Below the pieces are notes generated by a model, which saw only the letters and a program-made list of their open reading frames with translations, made no database searches and was not told the DNA's origin. Positions 1-9,769 of a stretch of DNA of 64,000 nucleotides are shown here, in pieces (within the stretch, counting starts at the first letter, position 1; each line of letters starts with the position of its first letter). Origin of the DNA: an uncultured Ruficoccus sp. (GTDB lineage: Bacteria > Verrucomicrobiota > Verrucomicrobiia > Opitutales > Cerasicoccaceae); assembly GCA_965140785.1 (NCBI GenBank), contig OZ223496.1:143947-207946 (forward strand), given 5' to 3'. A program made the position numbers and the translations under genes.

Positions 1-1959
1 CAGGACCTGCAGGAGGAGCTGGACGACGTCCGGGTGGGCCTTTTCGATCTCGTCGAAGAGGATGCACGAGTACGGCTTGCGGCGAACGGCCTCGGTGAGC
101 TGGCCGCCCTCCTCGTACCCGACGTAGCCCGGGGGCGAGCCGATCAGTCGGCTGACCGCGAACTTCTCCATGTACTCGGACATGTCGATCTGGATGAGCG
201 AATCCATGTCGCCGAACATCTGCTCGGCCAGGATCTTGGCCAGGTGGGTCTTCCCCACCCCGGTCGGTCCCATGAACATGAACGAGCCGATCGGGCGGCG
301 CGGGTCCTTGAGGTCGGCGCGCGAGCGGCGCAGGGCCTTGGCGATGACCTCGGTGGCCGGGTCCTGCCCGATGATGACCTTCTGAAGTTCGCTTTCGAGG
401 GCGAGCAGCTTCTTGCTCTCGGCCTGCTCCATGCGGGTGAGCGGGATGCCGGTCCAGTCGGAGACCACGCGGTGCAGGTCGTCCACGTCAACCGTGATCT
501 GCTGCTCCTCGCGGTTCTGCTTCCACTCCTCGATCATCTCCTCGCGCTTGGCGCGGAGCTGCTTCTCGCGGTCGCGGTACTTGGCGGCTTCCTCGAAATG
601 CTGCTTGCTGATGGCGTCTTCCTTCTGCGTGCAGACCTCCTCGATCTCCTTCGCCATGTCCTCGATTTCGGGCGGGCGGTTGAGCGAGTCGATCCGGGCG
701 CGGGAACCGGCCTCGTCGAGCACGTCAATCGCCTTGTCCGGCAGGAACCGGGCGGTGATGTAACGGTCGGAGAGCTTGGCGGCGGCTTCGAGGGCCTCGT
801 CGGTGTAAATGACCTTGTGGTGATCCTCGTACTTGCTGCGGATGCCCTTCAGGATCTTGACCGTGTCCTCGATGTTCGGGGCCTCGACCTTGACCGACTG
901 GAAGCGGCGATCCAGGGCGCTGTCCTTTTCGATGTACTTGCGGTACTCGGCCAGGGTGGTGGCACCGATGCACTGCAACTCGCCGCGGCTGAGGGCGGGC
1001 TTGAAGATGTTCGAGGCGTCCATGGCGCCTTCGGCGGCACCGGCCCCGACGATCGTGTGCAGCTCGTCGATGAAGATGATGATGTTCTTGGCGCGGCGGA
1101 TTTCGTCCATCACGGCCTTGATCCGCTCCTCGAACTGGCCGCGGTACTTGGTCCCGGCCACCATGAGGGCGAGGTCGAGCGTGATGACGCGCTTGTCCGC
1201 CAGCAGTTCGGGAACGATGCCCGAGGAAATTTCCTGCGCCAGCCCTTCGACGATGGCCGTCTTACCGACCCCGGCTTCCCCGATGAGGACCGGGTTGTTC
1301 TTGGTGCGGCGGCAGAGGATCTGAATGACCCTGCGAATTTCCTGCTTGCGCCCAATGACCGGGTCTAGCTCGCCGTTGCGGGCCAGCTCGGTCAGGTCGC
1401 GTCCGAAAGCCTTCAGGGCCGGGGTCTTGACCTCTTTCTTTTCCTCGGCGGCGCTGGCCTGGGTCGGGCCCGAGCCCGCTCCGGTCGGCTCCTCGCCGGG
1501 CTCGCCGGCGAAGTTCGGGTCCAGTTCGGCCAAAATGGCGTTGCGGCACTGTTCGATGTCCACGTCCAGGCTTTTGAGGACGCGGGCGGCCACCCCTTCG
1601 CCTTCGCGCAGAAGGCCGAGCAGGATGTGTTCGGTGCCGATATAGGAATGGTTCAGCGCCTTGGCTTCCTTACCGGCGAGGGCGAGGACCTTTTTGACGC
1701 GGGGGGTATAGGGGATGTTGCCACTGGGCTTGGTTTCAGGCCCGGTGCCGACCTGCTTCTCGACGGCGGAACGGACCGTTTCCAGGTCCAGACCCATCTT
1801 TTGCAGGACGTTCACGGCCACCCCCTGGCCAAGGTTAATGAGTCCGAGCAGCAGGTGCTCGGTCCCGACATAATTATGATGAAAACGGTCAGCCTCCTTG
1901 CGCGCGAGCGCCAGGACCTGCTGGGCACGGGGGGTGAAGTTGTTCATTGGCTCCGGCAT
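1..1959 (-). CDS. clpC: ATP-dependent Clp protease ATP-binding subunit ClpC (3' part lies outside the window)
   Basis: Translated by hand on the minus strand. It begins [35 protein letters not shown] (Clp N-domain) and reads [12 protein letters not shown] near the window edge. It lies downstream of mcsA-mcsB. An alternative ATG is at 1947. Confidence 0.95.
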   Translation of the reverse strand, partial: MPEPMNNFTPRAQQVLALARKEADRFHHNYVGTEHLLLGLINLGQGVAVNVLQKMGLDLETVRSAVEKQVGTGPETKPSGNIPYTPRVKKVLALAGKEAKALNHSYIGTEHILLGLLREGEGVAARVLKSLDVDIEQCRNAILAELDPNFAGEPGEEPTGAGSGPTQASAAEEKKEVKTPALKAFGRDLTELARNGELDPVIGRKQEIRRVIQILCRRTKNNPVLIGEAGVGKTAIVEGLAQEISSGIVPELLADKRVITLDLALMVAGTKYRGQFEERIKAVMDEIRRAKNIIIFIDELHTIVGAGAAEGAMDASNIFKPALSRGELQCIGATTLAEYRKYIEKDSALDRRFQSVKVEAPNIEDTVKILKGIRSKYEDHHKVIYTDEALEAAAKLSDRYITARFLPDKAIDVLDEAGSRARIDSLNRPPEIEDMAKEIEEVCTQKEDAISKQHFEEAAKYRDREKQLRAKREEMIEEWKQNREEQQITVDVDDLHRVVSDWTGIPLTRMEQAESKKLLALESELQKVIIGQDPATEVIAKALRRSRADLKDPRRPIGSFMFMGPTGVGKTHLAKILAEQMFGDMDSLIQIDMSEYMEKFAVSRLIGSPPGYVGYEEGGQLTEAVRRKPYSCILFDEIEKAHPDVVQLLLQVL

Positions 1960-2058
1960 GTGATTATAGTCGTAAGGGATCGTTTATCATTTCACGTTAT
2001 TTGTCAAAAGCATGGGACTAATAGTGAGTTAGAATGTGCCATGCTCGTTTTGTTCATT

Positions 2059-3141
2059 TCACTCAAAGGTCAGAGGCGGGATGCGACCGATTTCTTCCCG
2101 TAAAAGTCGGGCACGGGCCGTGTCGCGCATGTCGCTCTCAATCGGTTCGAACGCGGCCAGCTGGATATGGCCGGGCTGCATTTCAATCAACAGGCGGTCC
2201 ACCGGGACACGCCAGGTTTCGGCGATGAACCCGCAGTCGATGCCAAATCTCAGGAGCGACAGGTGGTTCATAGCTTCAGCAGAGCTTAAAAGATGCCCGT
2301 TTTGCAAAATTCCGTAGGCGCGGCCAATCTTGTCGCGAATTTTCTCCGGTTTGAGCTCCAGCAGGCGTTCACGGGCGTTCTTCTCCTGCTCGATAATGGA
2401 GCTGATCGCCTCGCGCTCCAAGCGCTCGATAATGTCGTTCTCGCTCTCGCCCAGGGTCTGCTGGTTGGAAATCTGGAAAATGCTGCCCGAGGCATCCGAG
2501 CCCTCGCCGAAAAGCCCGCGCACGACCATGCCCATCTGGTTGACGGCGCGGATGACTTTTTCCATGTCGTTGGCCATGACGAGACCGGGCAAATGCATCA
2601 TGACCGAAGCGCGCATGCCGGTTCCCAGGTTGGTCGGGCAGGCGGTCAGGTAGCCCAGGTCCTCGGAAAAGGCGAAGTCGAGCAGGCTCTCAAGCTGGTT
2701 GTCGATGGCGTCGATAATCTGCCAAATATCCTCGAAACCGCGCCCGGTGCGCAGCACCTGGATGCGCAGGTGGTCCTCCTCGTTGATCATGATCGAGCAG
2801 GCCTGGTCGCGGCTGATGATGACCCCGGCGGATTCCTCCCCCTGGGACAGCTCGCGGCTGATCAGGTGGCGCTCGACCAGGACCTGGCGCTCCAGCTCAG
2901 AAAGTTCGTTCAGGTGCAGGACAGTGCCCTTCTGCATCTGCGGCAACTGTGCCACGGCCTTTTCACAGGCGGCCAGAATTTCCCGGCGCTGGGTCTTTTT
3001 GGCCCAGCCGGGAAAGGCGCGCCCGTCGAGGTTGCGCGCGAGGCGAATGCGGGAACTCATCACGATGGGTTCCCCCGGTGCCCCGCCGCTGGTCAGTTCG
3101 GCGTTGGCGTCGAGAAGGGGTTTTATCGTCATCGAATTCAA
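2059..3141 (-). CDS. mcsB: Protein arginine kinase McsB
   Basis: Guanido-kinase motifs SSRIRLARN, INEEDHLRIQ and LTACPTNLGTG; located between mcsA and clpC. Confidence 0.95.
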   Translation of the reverse strand: MNSMTIKPLLDANAELTSGGAPGEPIVMSSRIRLARNLDGRAFPGWAKKTQRREILAACEKAVAQLPQMQKGTVLHLNELSELERQVLVERHLISRELSQGEESAGVIISRDQACSIMINEEDHLRIQVLRTGRGFEDIWQIIDAIDNQLESLLDFAFSEDLGYLTACPTNLGTGMRASVMMHLPGLVMANDMEKVIRAVNQMGMVVRGLFGEGSDASGSIFQISNQQTLGESENDIIERLEREAISSIIEQEKNARERLLELKPEKIRDKIGRAYGILQNGHLLSSAEAMNHLSLLRFGIDCGFIAETWRVPVDRLLIEMQPGHIQLAAFEPIESDMRDTARARLLREEIGRIPPLTFE

Positions 3142-3144
3142 AGA

Positions 3145-3660
3145 TCAGCGAGCCGGAGGCTCGGCCTGGGATTTGAGTTGGTCGAGTTCGTCGCGATAAC
3201 GGGCGGCGTCCTCGTATTTTTCCTGCTCGACCGCATGGGCCAGCCGGTCCTGCAGGCGGTTGATCGCCTTGCGCAGACTGACGCGGTGGAGCATCTCATG
3301 GGGAATTTTCCCGATGTGATGGGAGTCCCGGTGCATGTTCTTAAGCATCGGAGTGATCAGCTTTTCAAAGGCTTCGTAGCAGTCCGGGCAGCCCAGACGA
3401 CCGGTGCGCTTGAAGTCGCGCGGCGTGCAGCCGCACGAGGGGCACACCATGGACGGGCCTTCCACGTGCTCGGAACCGACGGAAGCCTCCATGTTCTTGG
3501 CCATGAAGTCCGCCAGGGAAAAGCCTTCCGGGTCGGTCACGCCCTTTTGCTGGGCGCACTCTTCGCACAGGTCCACTTTCTGGATCTGGTTATTGATTAT
3601 CTGCGTCAGGTGCACCGTGGCAAGCTTGCCGCAGATGTCACATACTAGCGATTCACCCAT
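3145..3660 (-). CDS. mcsA: McsA (CxxC zinc motifs plus UVR domain), activator of McsB
   Basis: Four CxxC motifs (CDIC, CEEC, CPSC, CPDC) and a C-terminal EKYEDAARYRD UVR motif. Confidence 0.92.
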   Translation of the reverse strand: MGESLVCDICGKLATVHLTQIINNQIQKVDLCEECAQQKGVTDPEGFSLADFMAKNMEASVGSEHVEGPSMVCPSCGCTPRDFKRTGRLGCPDCYEAFEKLITPMLKNMHRDSHHIGKIPHEMLHRVSLRKAINRLQDRLAHAVEQEKYEDAARYRDELDQLKSQAEPPAR

Positions 3661-3867
3661 GTCTTATATCTATCACAACTTGCCTGATAAGAAAAGGCTG
3701 ATTGAATAATCGGCATATTTCATGCCCGTTTCAGTTTTCCTTCCCCAAAAAGAGGTCCATCGCCCCGACAAGCGAGCGCAAAACACCGGTAAGTTACTGG
3801 TAAAACCACCAATAACCTTGACCCCCGGGGGTGTGGGATAATCTTTTGGGGTCAAAGGAATGATTCC

Positions 3868-5205
3868 ATGCCCCTTTCCCGTCTCACCATTCTCCTCCCC
3901 ACGCTTCTCTGCCTCCTGACCGCCCGGGCTTGGGGAGCCGAGGCGCAGCTCCAGTCCGGCCCCCTCGTCGGCTACGTCGAAATGCGCGAGGCCGCCCTCT
4001 GGGTCCAGACCACCGATTCCGCCCTGGTCCAGTTCTTTTACTGGCCCGACGACCAGCCCGACCAGCGCGCCCACACCCCCTCCGCCCTCACTCAGCAGGA
4101 AAACGCCTACACCGCCACCCTGATCACGGACCGCCTCCAGCCCGGCACGAAGTACCGCTACGAGCTCACGCTCGACGGGGACAAGGTTCCGCTGGATTTT
4201 GAGACGACTTTCACCACCCCGCCGGATTACCGCGACCGCACCCCGCCGCCGGACTTCACCGTCGCCCTCGGCGGCGGCAACTATGTCAACGAGCAGCGCT
4301 ACGACCCGCCCAACCGCATCCCCGGCGACAGCTACCACATCCTGCTCGCCCTCATGGCCAAGGACCCGGCCTTCATGATCTGGCTGGGTAACAATATTTA
4401 CCTGCGTGAAGCCGACTGGGGCTCGCGCTCAGGCATGCTCGCCCGCTACCGGCACAACCGCGCCCAGCCCGAGCTTCAGCCGCTCATGGCCTCCGTACCC
4501 AGCGTCGCCACCTGGAGCAGCCACGACTACGGCCCTCCCGGAGCCGACCGCTATTTCCTGGGCCGTAATCACGCCCGCGAGGCCTTCCGCCTGTACTGGC
4601 CCAACCCCGACTACGGCCTCGACGAAGACCTCGGTCTGGCCTGCTCAGTCCGCTGGGGCGACGCGGAATTTTTCATCCTCGACGACCGCTCCTTCCGCGA
4701 CCTGACCTCGCTCTCCGAGGAGCGCAAGGAAATCCTCGGAAAAACTCAGGTCAAGTGGCTGCTCGAATCCCTGCGCAAGAGCACCGCCACCTTCAAAGTC
4801 ATCGTCATGGGCTCGCCCTTCCTCAATCCGGTGGAAGACGCCGCCCACTACAGCGCCGCCAAGGCCGAGCGCGACAAGCTCCTGCAACAGATCACGTGGG
4901 GCGAAATCGGCGGCCTCTTTTTCGTCAGCGGCGGCAAGGAGTTTGGCGAACTGACCAAGGTGGTCCGCTCCAGCGCCCCGGATATTTACGAGGTCACCGT
5001 CGGCCCCATGACCGGTCGCCCGGCCAAAGATACCGGCGAACTCAACTACTTCCGCGTCCCCGGCACCACGGTCTTCGACCGCCAGTTCGCTACCCTGCGC
5101 TTCCAAGGCCCCGAAGGCAGCCGCCAGCTCACCGTCACCGTCTATAACGCCGACGGCATCGAGCAGTGGTCCCGCACCTTCAACCGCTCAGAGATGGGCG
5201 AGTAG
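3868..5205 (+). CDS. Secreted alkaline phosphatase D (PhoD)-family protein with degenerate metal ligands
   Basis: Signal peptide, N-terminal LQSGPLVG...WVQT domain, and PhoD-like segments WLGNNIY, WSSHDYG and FFILDDRSFR. Confidence 0.8.
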   Translation: MPLSRLTILLPTLLCLLTARAWGAEAQLQSGPLVGYVEMREAALWVQTTDSALVQFFYWPDDQPDQRAHTPSALTQQENAYTATLITDRLQPGTKYRYELTLDGDKVPLDFETTFTTPPDYRDRTPPPDFTVALGGGNYVNEQRYDPPNRIPGDSYHILLALMAKDPAFMIWLGNNIYLREADWGSRSGMLARYRHNRAQPELQPLMASVPSVATWSSHDYGPPGADRYFLGRNHAREAFRLYWPNPDYGLDEDLGLACSVRWGDAEFFILDDRSFRDLTSLSEERKEILGKTQVKWLLESLRKSTATFKVIVMGSPFLNPVEDAAHYSAAKAERDKLLQQITWGEIGGLFFVSGGKEFGELTKVVRSSAPDIYEVTVGPMTGRPAKDTGELNYFRVPGTTVFDRQFATLRFQGPEGSRQLTVTVYNADGIEQWSRTFNRSEMGE

Positions 5206-5232
5206 CAGGTATACGCGTCCCGACATAACGCG

Positions 5233-5571
5233 TCATCCCGGCACGTAATCCAACAGATGCCTGACCGTCTGGAGAGGTAATTTTCGCAAGAATCCAAACA
5301 TTAAATAGGGCAACAAGGGCGAAGTCCACATCAGGCACCAAGCCAACCGCCAGTAGTGGCGTTTATCCGTCCAGCGCGCAAAGACTGCCAGCCCCAGCCC
5401 AGCCATTTGCAGCCAAAGCATGCCCCGGAACATCACACCGGGCACACCCCCGTCAGACGAGTGGCTCGGAACAATCGTACCAATCAATAACGTCAAATAG
5501 AATCCGGTCAGCAGATAGGGGAAGAGCTTTATCGGACGGGACTCGTCTGCGGATGGATCCAGTTCAGGCAT
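5233..5571 (-). CDS. Small hypothetical membrane protein (paralogue of 5791-6165)
   Basis: About three hydrophobic segments; aligns by eye with the neighbouring ORF. Confidence 0.6.
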   Translation of the reverse strand: MPELDPSADESRPIKLFPYLLTGFYLTLLIGTIVPSHSSDGGVPGVMFRGMLWLQMAGLGLAVFARWTDKRHYWRLAWCLMWTSPLLPYLMFGFLRKLPLQTVRHLLDYVPG

Positions 5572-5790
5572 CGCTGTTAAAAAAGGGTGATTTCGGTTCC
5601 AGGGCAGGCGGGCAGTCCCCCGCGGCCAGTTTTTGTGCGAAAGGCTGAGGAATGCATGACGGCGCCCAAGCGGTCAGATAAACCCAGATGGGTGCACCCC
5701 ACATCGTCCACCACGTCAACCGCATCGGGTTCGATTCGCCAATGGGTCGAAGGGCGGGCCGCATTTCACGGGACATGACGTCGTCCTCCC

Positions 5791-6165
5791 TCACGCATCC
5801 ACCCAGAAAAAGATTTTCGTCAGCCAGAACCATTCCTGCCGGGATAGGTGACGCATCCAGGCGAACATCAGGCTCGGCAAAAATGGCGAGCTCAGAAGAA
5901 AAAACCAGGCCACTCGCAACAGCGAACGCCGCTCCCACAGACGGGCTGCAATCGCAATCCCAGAGGCGCACCCGATAAGCGCAAACCGACCGTGCGCGAG
6001 AGCTGAGCTCCGCCCCCAGTCATCGCTGACCGTGGGCAGGATCAACCCGATCACGACAAAAACGACGGCCATCAGCCCGAAGTTTAACAGCCGCACCGGC
6101 GGCGGGTCCATTAAGGCGGAATCCGGGGTATAGAGCTTAAAATCGCTCACCCCTTTAATTATCAC
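5791..6165 (-). CDS. Small hypothetical membrane protein (paralogue of 5233-5571)
   Basis: About three hydrophobic segments; SPFLPSLMFAWMRHL matches SPLLPYLMFGFLRKL. Start uncertain. Confidence 0.6.
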   Translation of the reverse strand: MIIKGVSDFKLYTPDSALMDPPPVRLLNFGLMAVVFVVIGLILPTVSDDWGRSSALAHGRFALIGCASGIAIAARLWERRSLLRVAWFFLLSSPFLPSLMFAWMRHLSRQEWFWLTKIFFWVDA

Positions 6166-6187
6166 ATTCGGAAATATCCCCGCTCTC

Positions 6188-6342
6188 GCGATTCAAAAAA
6201 TACTGTAGCCCGAATGGTTACATGGCTAAACGGCTGATGGTTAATTGCTGGATGCTGAGAGTAGAAAACAACAATTAGCCACTTAAACCATTTAGCCATT
6301 ATGCCTTTCGAAAGGGGCTACGATTTTATTTGAACCGCTCTA
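6188..6342. repeat. Nested inverted-repeat (MITE/REP-like) element
   Basis: Outer arms are gcgattcaaaaaatactgtagccc and gggctacgattttatttgaaccgctcta. Inner periodic arms lie at 6222-6250 and 6269-6299. Confidence 0.7.
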
Positions 6343-6396
6343 AACAAGCGATTTCCGTTTGGATGCCGCGGGGCTTGGGGGGCGCGGAGCCCCCGC

Positions 6397-7623
6397 TCAC
6401 TTCGGGTACACGAAGTCCGGCTGGGAGATGCTATTGAGGCGGCCGGAGGGCAGCTTGGTCTTTTTGCCGGTCTCGGTGTCGATGATCCAGAGGGTTTCCT
6501 GGCCGCGGGCCGAGTAGGTGGCCACGAGGTGGCGACCGTCGTTGAGCCAGCGCGGCTGGCTGAAGCTGCCGCCCCCGCCGGTGAGGAACTGGCTCTTGCG
6601 CCCAGACAGGTCGTAGAGCGCGATCTGGTAGCCGCCCCGGGTCGAGGCGGTAAAGGCGATGGTGTTGGCACCGGAAACCGGGTTCCAGGCCGGCTCCGTG
6701 CAGTAGCCGCTGATGTTCGTCGGCAGGCGGCTGGGACGGCCCCCGCGCGCCGAGACCACGAACAGCTGCGGTCCGCCGAGTTGGTCGCTGGTCAAGACCA
6801 GTTGGCCGCTGTCGGGCGACCAGTCCGGGTCGCTCTCCACGCTACGGCGGGTGCCCTGGGTAACGAGCTGCGGACGCTGCCCATCGGCCCCGGCCACGTA
6901 CACCTCGGGCGAACCGGAGGAAGACAGCACCATGGCGATGTTGCGCCCGGAGGGACTGAAGACCGCCCCGGTATTCGTCCCCTTGTAACCGGCCACCGTG
7001 ACGCGGCGGCCCGTGTCCAGATCGATGAGAAAGATATCCGGAAAGCCCGTGCGGTAGTAGCCGGTGTAAAGGAGCTTGCGCCCGTCGGGCGCCCAGCGCG
7101 GGTGCTGCGAGTAGGAGCCATCCTGGGTCAGGCGCTTGACGTTACGGAAAAACAGGTCGCTGGTGTAAATCTCCTGGCGCTTGCCGTTTGCGGTCACGAA
7201 GGCGAGCTTACCGGCGAAGTAGCCGGGCTTGCCCGTGGTGCGCAGGACGGCCAGGTCGGCGGCGCGCAGGGCGGCATCCATCAGGCTGTTGCCGCGAACG
7301 GTTTCGTTGAGCTGGGTCACCGCCGGACGTCCGGACTGGATCTGGAGATTGACGGCGTTCGCCCCCGCCGGATTGATGACAAAGTTAAAGGTGCCCGAAC
7401 CGGCCTTGACCACACGGAAGCCCCCGTGCGTAGAGAACGCGACCTCCAGCAGCCCGGCGATGTCGGCGTTTGAGCTGACGAGCGAGATCGCCTTCTCGCC
7501 ACGGTCGACGACGCCCTTGATCTCGCCCCCCTGCAAGGCCGATTGAGCGTGGGCGGCAGGACGGGCGGCAAAAAGGAGAGCGGACAGAGAAAGGAACCAG
7601 AAAAAGCGGGTGGCAACTGTCAT
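6397..7623 (-). CDS. tolB: TolB-like periplasmic beta-propeller protein
   Basis: Signal peptide from MTVATRFFWF; PD40-type repeats (HPRWAPDGR, AVFSPSGR, DPDWSPDSG, EPAWNP, QPRW). Confidence 0.85.
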   Translation of the reverse strand: MTVATRFFWFLSLSALLFAARPAAHAQSALQGGEIKGVVDRGEKAISLVSSNADIAGLLEVAFSTHGGFRVVKAGSGTFNFVINPAGANAVNLQIQSGRPAVTQLNETVRGNSLMDAALRAADLAVLRTTGKPGYFAGKLAFVTANGKRQEIYTSDLFFRNVKRLTQDGSYSQHPRWAPDGRKLLYTGYYRTGFPDIFLIDLDTGRRVTVAGYKGTNTGAVFSPSGRNIAMVLSSSGSPEVYVAGADGQRPQLVTQGTRRSVESDPDWSPDSGQLVLTSDQLGGPQLFVVSARGGRPSRLPTNISGYCTEPAWNPVSGANTIAFTASTRGGYQIALYDLSGRKSQFLTGGGGSFSQPRWLNDGRHLVATYSARGQETLWIIDTETGKKTKLPSGRLNSISQPDFVYPK

Positions 7624-7813
7624 ATCTCTAGAGACAAACAATTTCCTCCGCGCGTTGAAACGAAAATCGGGAAGAAAACACATTTTCTGCGCCTCCTCTC
7701 TTCTGGCGCGCATCCGCAACACCGATTTAGGCTTATTCTTCGTTTTTTTCCCGTAACCCTCACTGACCCTTGCCAAAGCTGGCATTTTCCACATGGGTAG
7801 AACTTTTCCACTC

Positions 7814-8890
7814 ATGAACGAAGACACGCTTTTAGCCGCCCTCAAGCAGGTGAAATACCCCGGATTCAGCCGGGACATCGTCTCCTTTGGCCTCGTCTCC
7901 GGCGCCAAGGTCGAAGGCAACCGCGCCGTGATCGGCCTGGCCGTGACCACCGCCGACGAGCGCATTCCCCCGCTGCTCAAGCAGGACGTGGAGCGCGCCC
8001 TCTCCCAGATCGAGGGCATCGAGGGCGCGGACGTCACCGTCACTGTGAGCGCGCCGAAGACACCCCCGCCCCCCGCCGGCGGTAAAAAGCGCGACGTCAC
8101 CGGCCCGGCCCAGCAACAGCTCCCCGGCGTGAAAAAGATCATCGCCGTCGCCTCCGGCAAAGGCGGCGTGGGCAAGAGCACTTTCGCCGTCAACCTCGCC
8201 TGCGCCTTTGACAAGCTCCTCTCCGAGCAGGGCCGCCCCCATCAGGTCGGCCTCATGGACTGCGACATTTACGGCCCCTCCGTCCCACTCATGATGGGCA
8301 TTAACTCACGTCCCGAGGTCCGCGACAACATGCTCACCCCGCTGGAGAACTTCGGCATCCGGGTCATGTCGATGGGCTTCCTGCTCGACGAATCCACCCC
8401 CGTGGTCTGGCGCGGCCCGATGGTCATGAAGACCATCCAGCAGTTCGCCGCCAATGTGGACTGGGGAGAAATGGACATCCTCGTGGTGGACCTGCCGCCG
8501 GGCACCGGCGACGCGCAGCTCTCGCTCGTGCAGACCCTGCCGCTGGACGGAGCCGTCATCGTGACCACCCCGCAGAGCGTGGCCGTCAACGTCACCCGCC
8601 GCGGGGCCATGATGTTCGGCAAGGTCAATGTCCCCCTACTCGGCGTGGCCGAAAACATGAGCTACCTCGAAAACCCGGACGGCTCGAAAAACTTTGTCTT
8701 CGGCCAGGGCGGCGGCGCCATCGCCGCGCGCGACCTGGAAACCGAGCTGCTCGGCCAGGTGCCGCTCGACCCGGCCATCGGCCAGGGCAGCGACCGCGGC
8801 ATCCCCATGGTCGTCGGCAGCCCCGACAGTACCGCCGGCGAATCCTTTGTCGCCATGGCGAAAACCCTACTGCAAAAACTCAACCTGTAG
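7814..8890 (+). CDS. mrp: Mrp/NBP35 (ApbC) Fe-S cluster carrier ATPase
   Basis: N-terminal FeS-assembly domain, ASGKGGVGKST Walker A, DCDIYGPS and DLPPGTGD. Confidence 0.93.
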   Translation: MNEDTLLAALKQVKYPGFSRDIVSFGLVSGAKVEGNRAVIGLAVTTADERIPPLLKQDVERALSQIEGIEGADVTVTVSAPKTPPPPAGGKKRDVTGPAQQQLPGVKKIIAVASGKGGVGKSTFAVNLACAFDKLLSEQGRPHQVGLMDCDIYGPSVPLMMGINSRPEVRDNMLTPLENFGIRVMSMGFLLDESTPVVWRGPMVMKTIQQFAANVDWGEMDILVVDLPPGTGDAQLSLVQTLPLDGAVIVTTPQSVAVNVTRRGAMMFGKVNVPLLGVAENMSYLENPDGSKNFVFGQGGGAIAARDLETELLGQVPLDPAIGQGSDRGIPMVVGSPDSTAGESFVAMAKTLLQKLNL

Positions 8891-9045
8891 AAAGTTGCCC
8901 CTGCACGTGATAGACTATCGGCTTGCCCGTTAAGGAGAAGACGCCCTCAATGCGGCTTTACAAACGCGGGACGTTCGGTATTACTAAAGTCACCTAAATG
9001 CTAATAACGCGATACGCTATCGCACCCAGGTCAACCCGGCCAGCC

Positions 9046-9270
9046 ATGAAAACCCCCTCACGCAGATCCCCCAGCAACGGTAAGGATTTCGTCCAGCGCT
9101 CCAGTTTGTATCAGGAGTTTCTGGCCGAGCGTGAGGAAATTCTCAAACACAAGTGGCTGGAATCCGAAAAAGCCGGTCATGACATTGGGTTCGAGCGGGC
9201 GCTCCTGGACTGGATTCGCAACCATCGTGACGACTGGCGGGCAGGCCGCCAGGCTCAACCGAGCAACTAG
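9046..9270 (+). CDS. Small DUF4032-like protein
   Basis: EREEILKHKWLESEKAGHDIGFERALLDW motif, which I recognise as typical of Verrucomicrobia. Confidence 0.75.
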   Translation: MKTPSRRSPSNGKDFVQRSSLYQEFLAEREEILKHKWLESEKAGHDIGFERALLDWIRNHRDDWRAGRQAQPSN

Positions 9271-9532
9271 CCCACGAGCGCCGGTGGACTGAGACAAGCC
9301 GCGGAAGGCTCCCATCCGCGGACAAGGGAGATTGCGTGACTTTATACTCCCAGGCAGCGAAATATCGACCGATGTAAAACTTGGCAAATTGCTTGCCTGC
9401 TGCCGGGGTAGTCGCCTCTCGGCGCCGTAGGGGCGTGGCCCCTGATCGCTGCTCCAGCCGGAGCCTGCATTTTTCTGCTTGCATCGTCGGGGGCAAGGGG
9501 TATGTTGGCACGCTTTTCAACACCCAGTAGCC

Positions 9533-9712
9533 ATGCCCAGAGACGTCGTAATCATCGAATGCACGGAAGCCCGCAAGGAAGGCAAGCAAGCCTCCCGCTA
9601 TATGACCACGCGCAATAAGAAGCTTTCCCAGGAAAAGGTTGAACTCAAGAAGTACAACCCGCACCTGCGCCGCCACACGGTGCACAAGGAAATCCGCAGC
9701 GCGGCCCACTAA
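9533..9712 (+). CDS. rpmG: 50S ribosomal protein L33
   Basis: RYMTTRNKK...[19 protein letters not shown]. Confidence 0.95.
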   Translation: MPRDVVIIECTEARKEGKQASRYMTTRNKKLSQEKVELKKYNPHLRRHTVHKEIRSAAH

Positions 9713-9738
9713 GCAGCGGAGCTGACAGTTTTTCACGG

Positions 9739-9769
9739 AACCGGCGTTCTAGGGACGCCGGTTTTTTTT
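9739..9769 (+). terminator. Rho-independent terminator of rpmG
   Basis: Stem aaccggcgtt / gacgccggtt followed by a T run. Confidence 0.85.

Noticed and set aside
34..1368. 444-aa plus-strand ORF and the many other long antisense ORFs (e.g. 2293-3648, 23940-26015, 30646-32571, 38841-40388, 57925-60252)
   Set aside because: They are shadow frames opposite well-supported genes, expected from high GC3 codon bias, and carry no motifs of their own.
1960..2058. CtsR or CIRCE heat-shock operator before clpC
   Set aside because: Only a weak hairpin (gcatgg/ccatgc) is present and neither consensus matches.
7624..8214. N-terminal extension of the 605-aa tolB ORF
   Set aside because: It overlaps mrp on the opposite strand, and the signal peptide begins at 7623.
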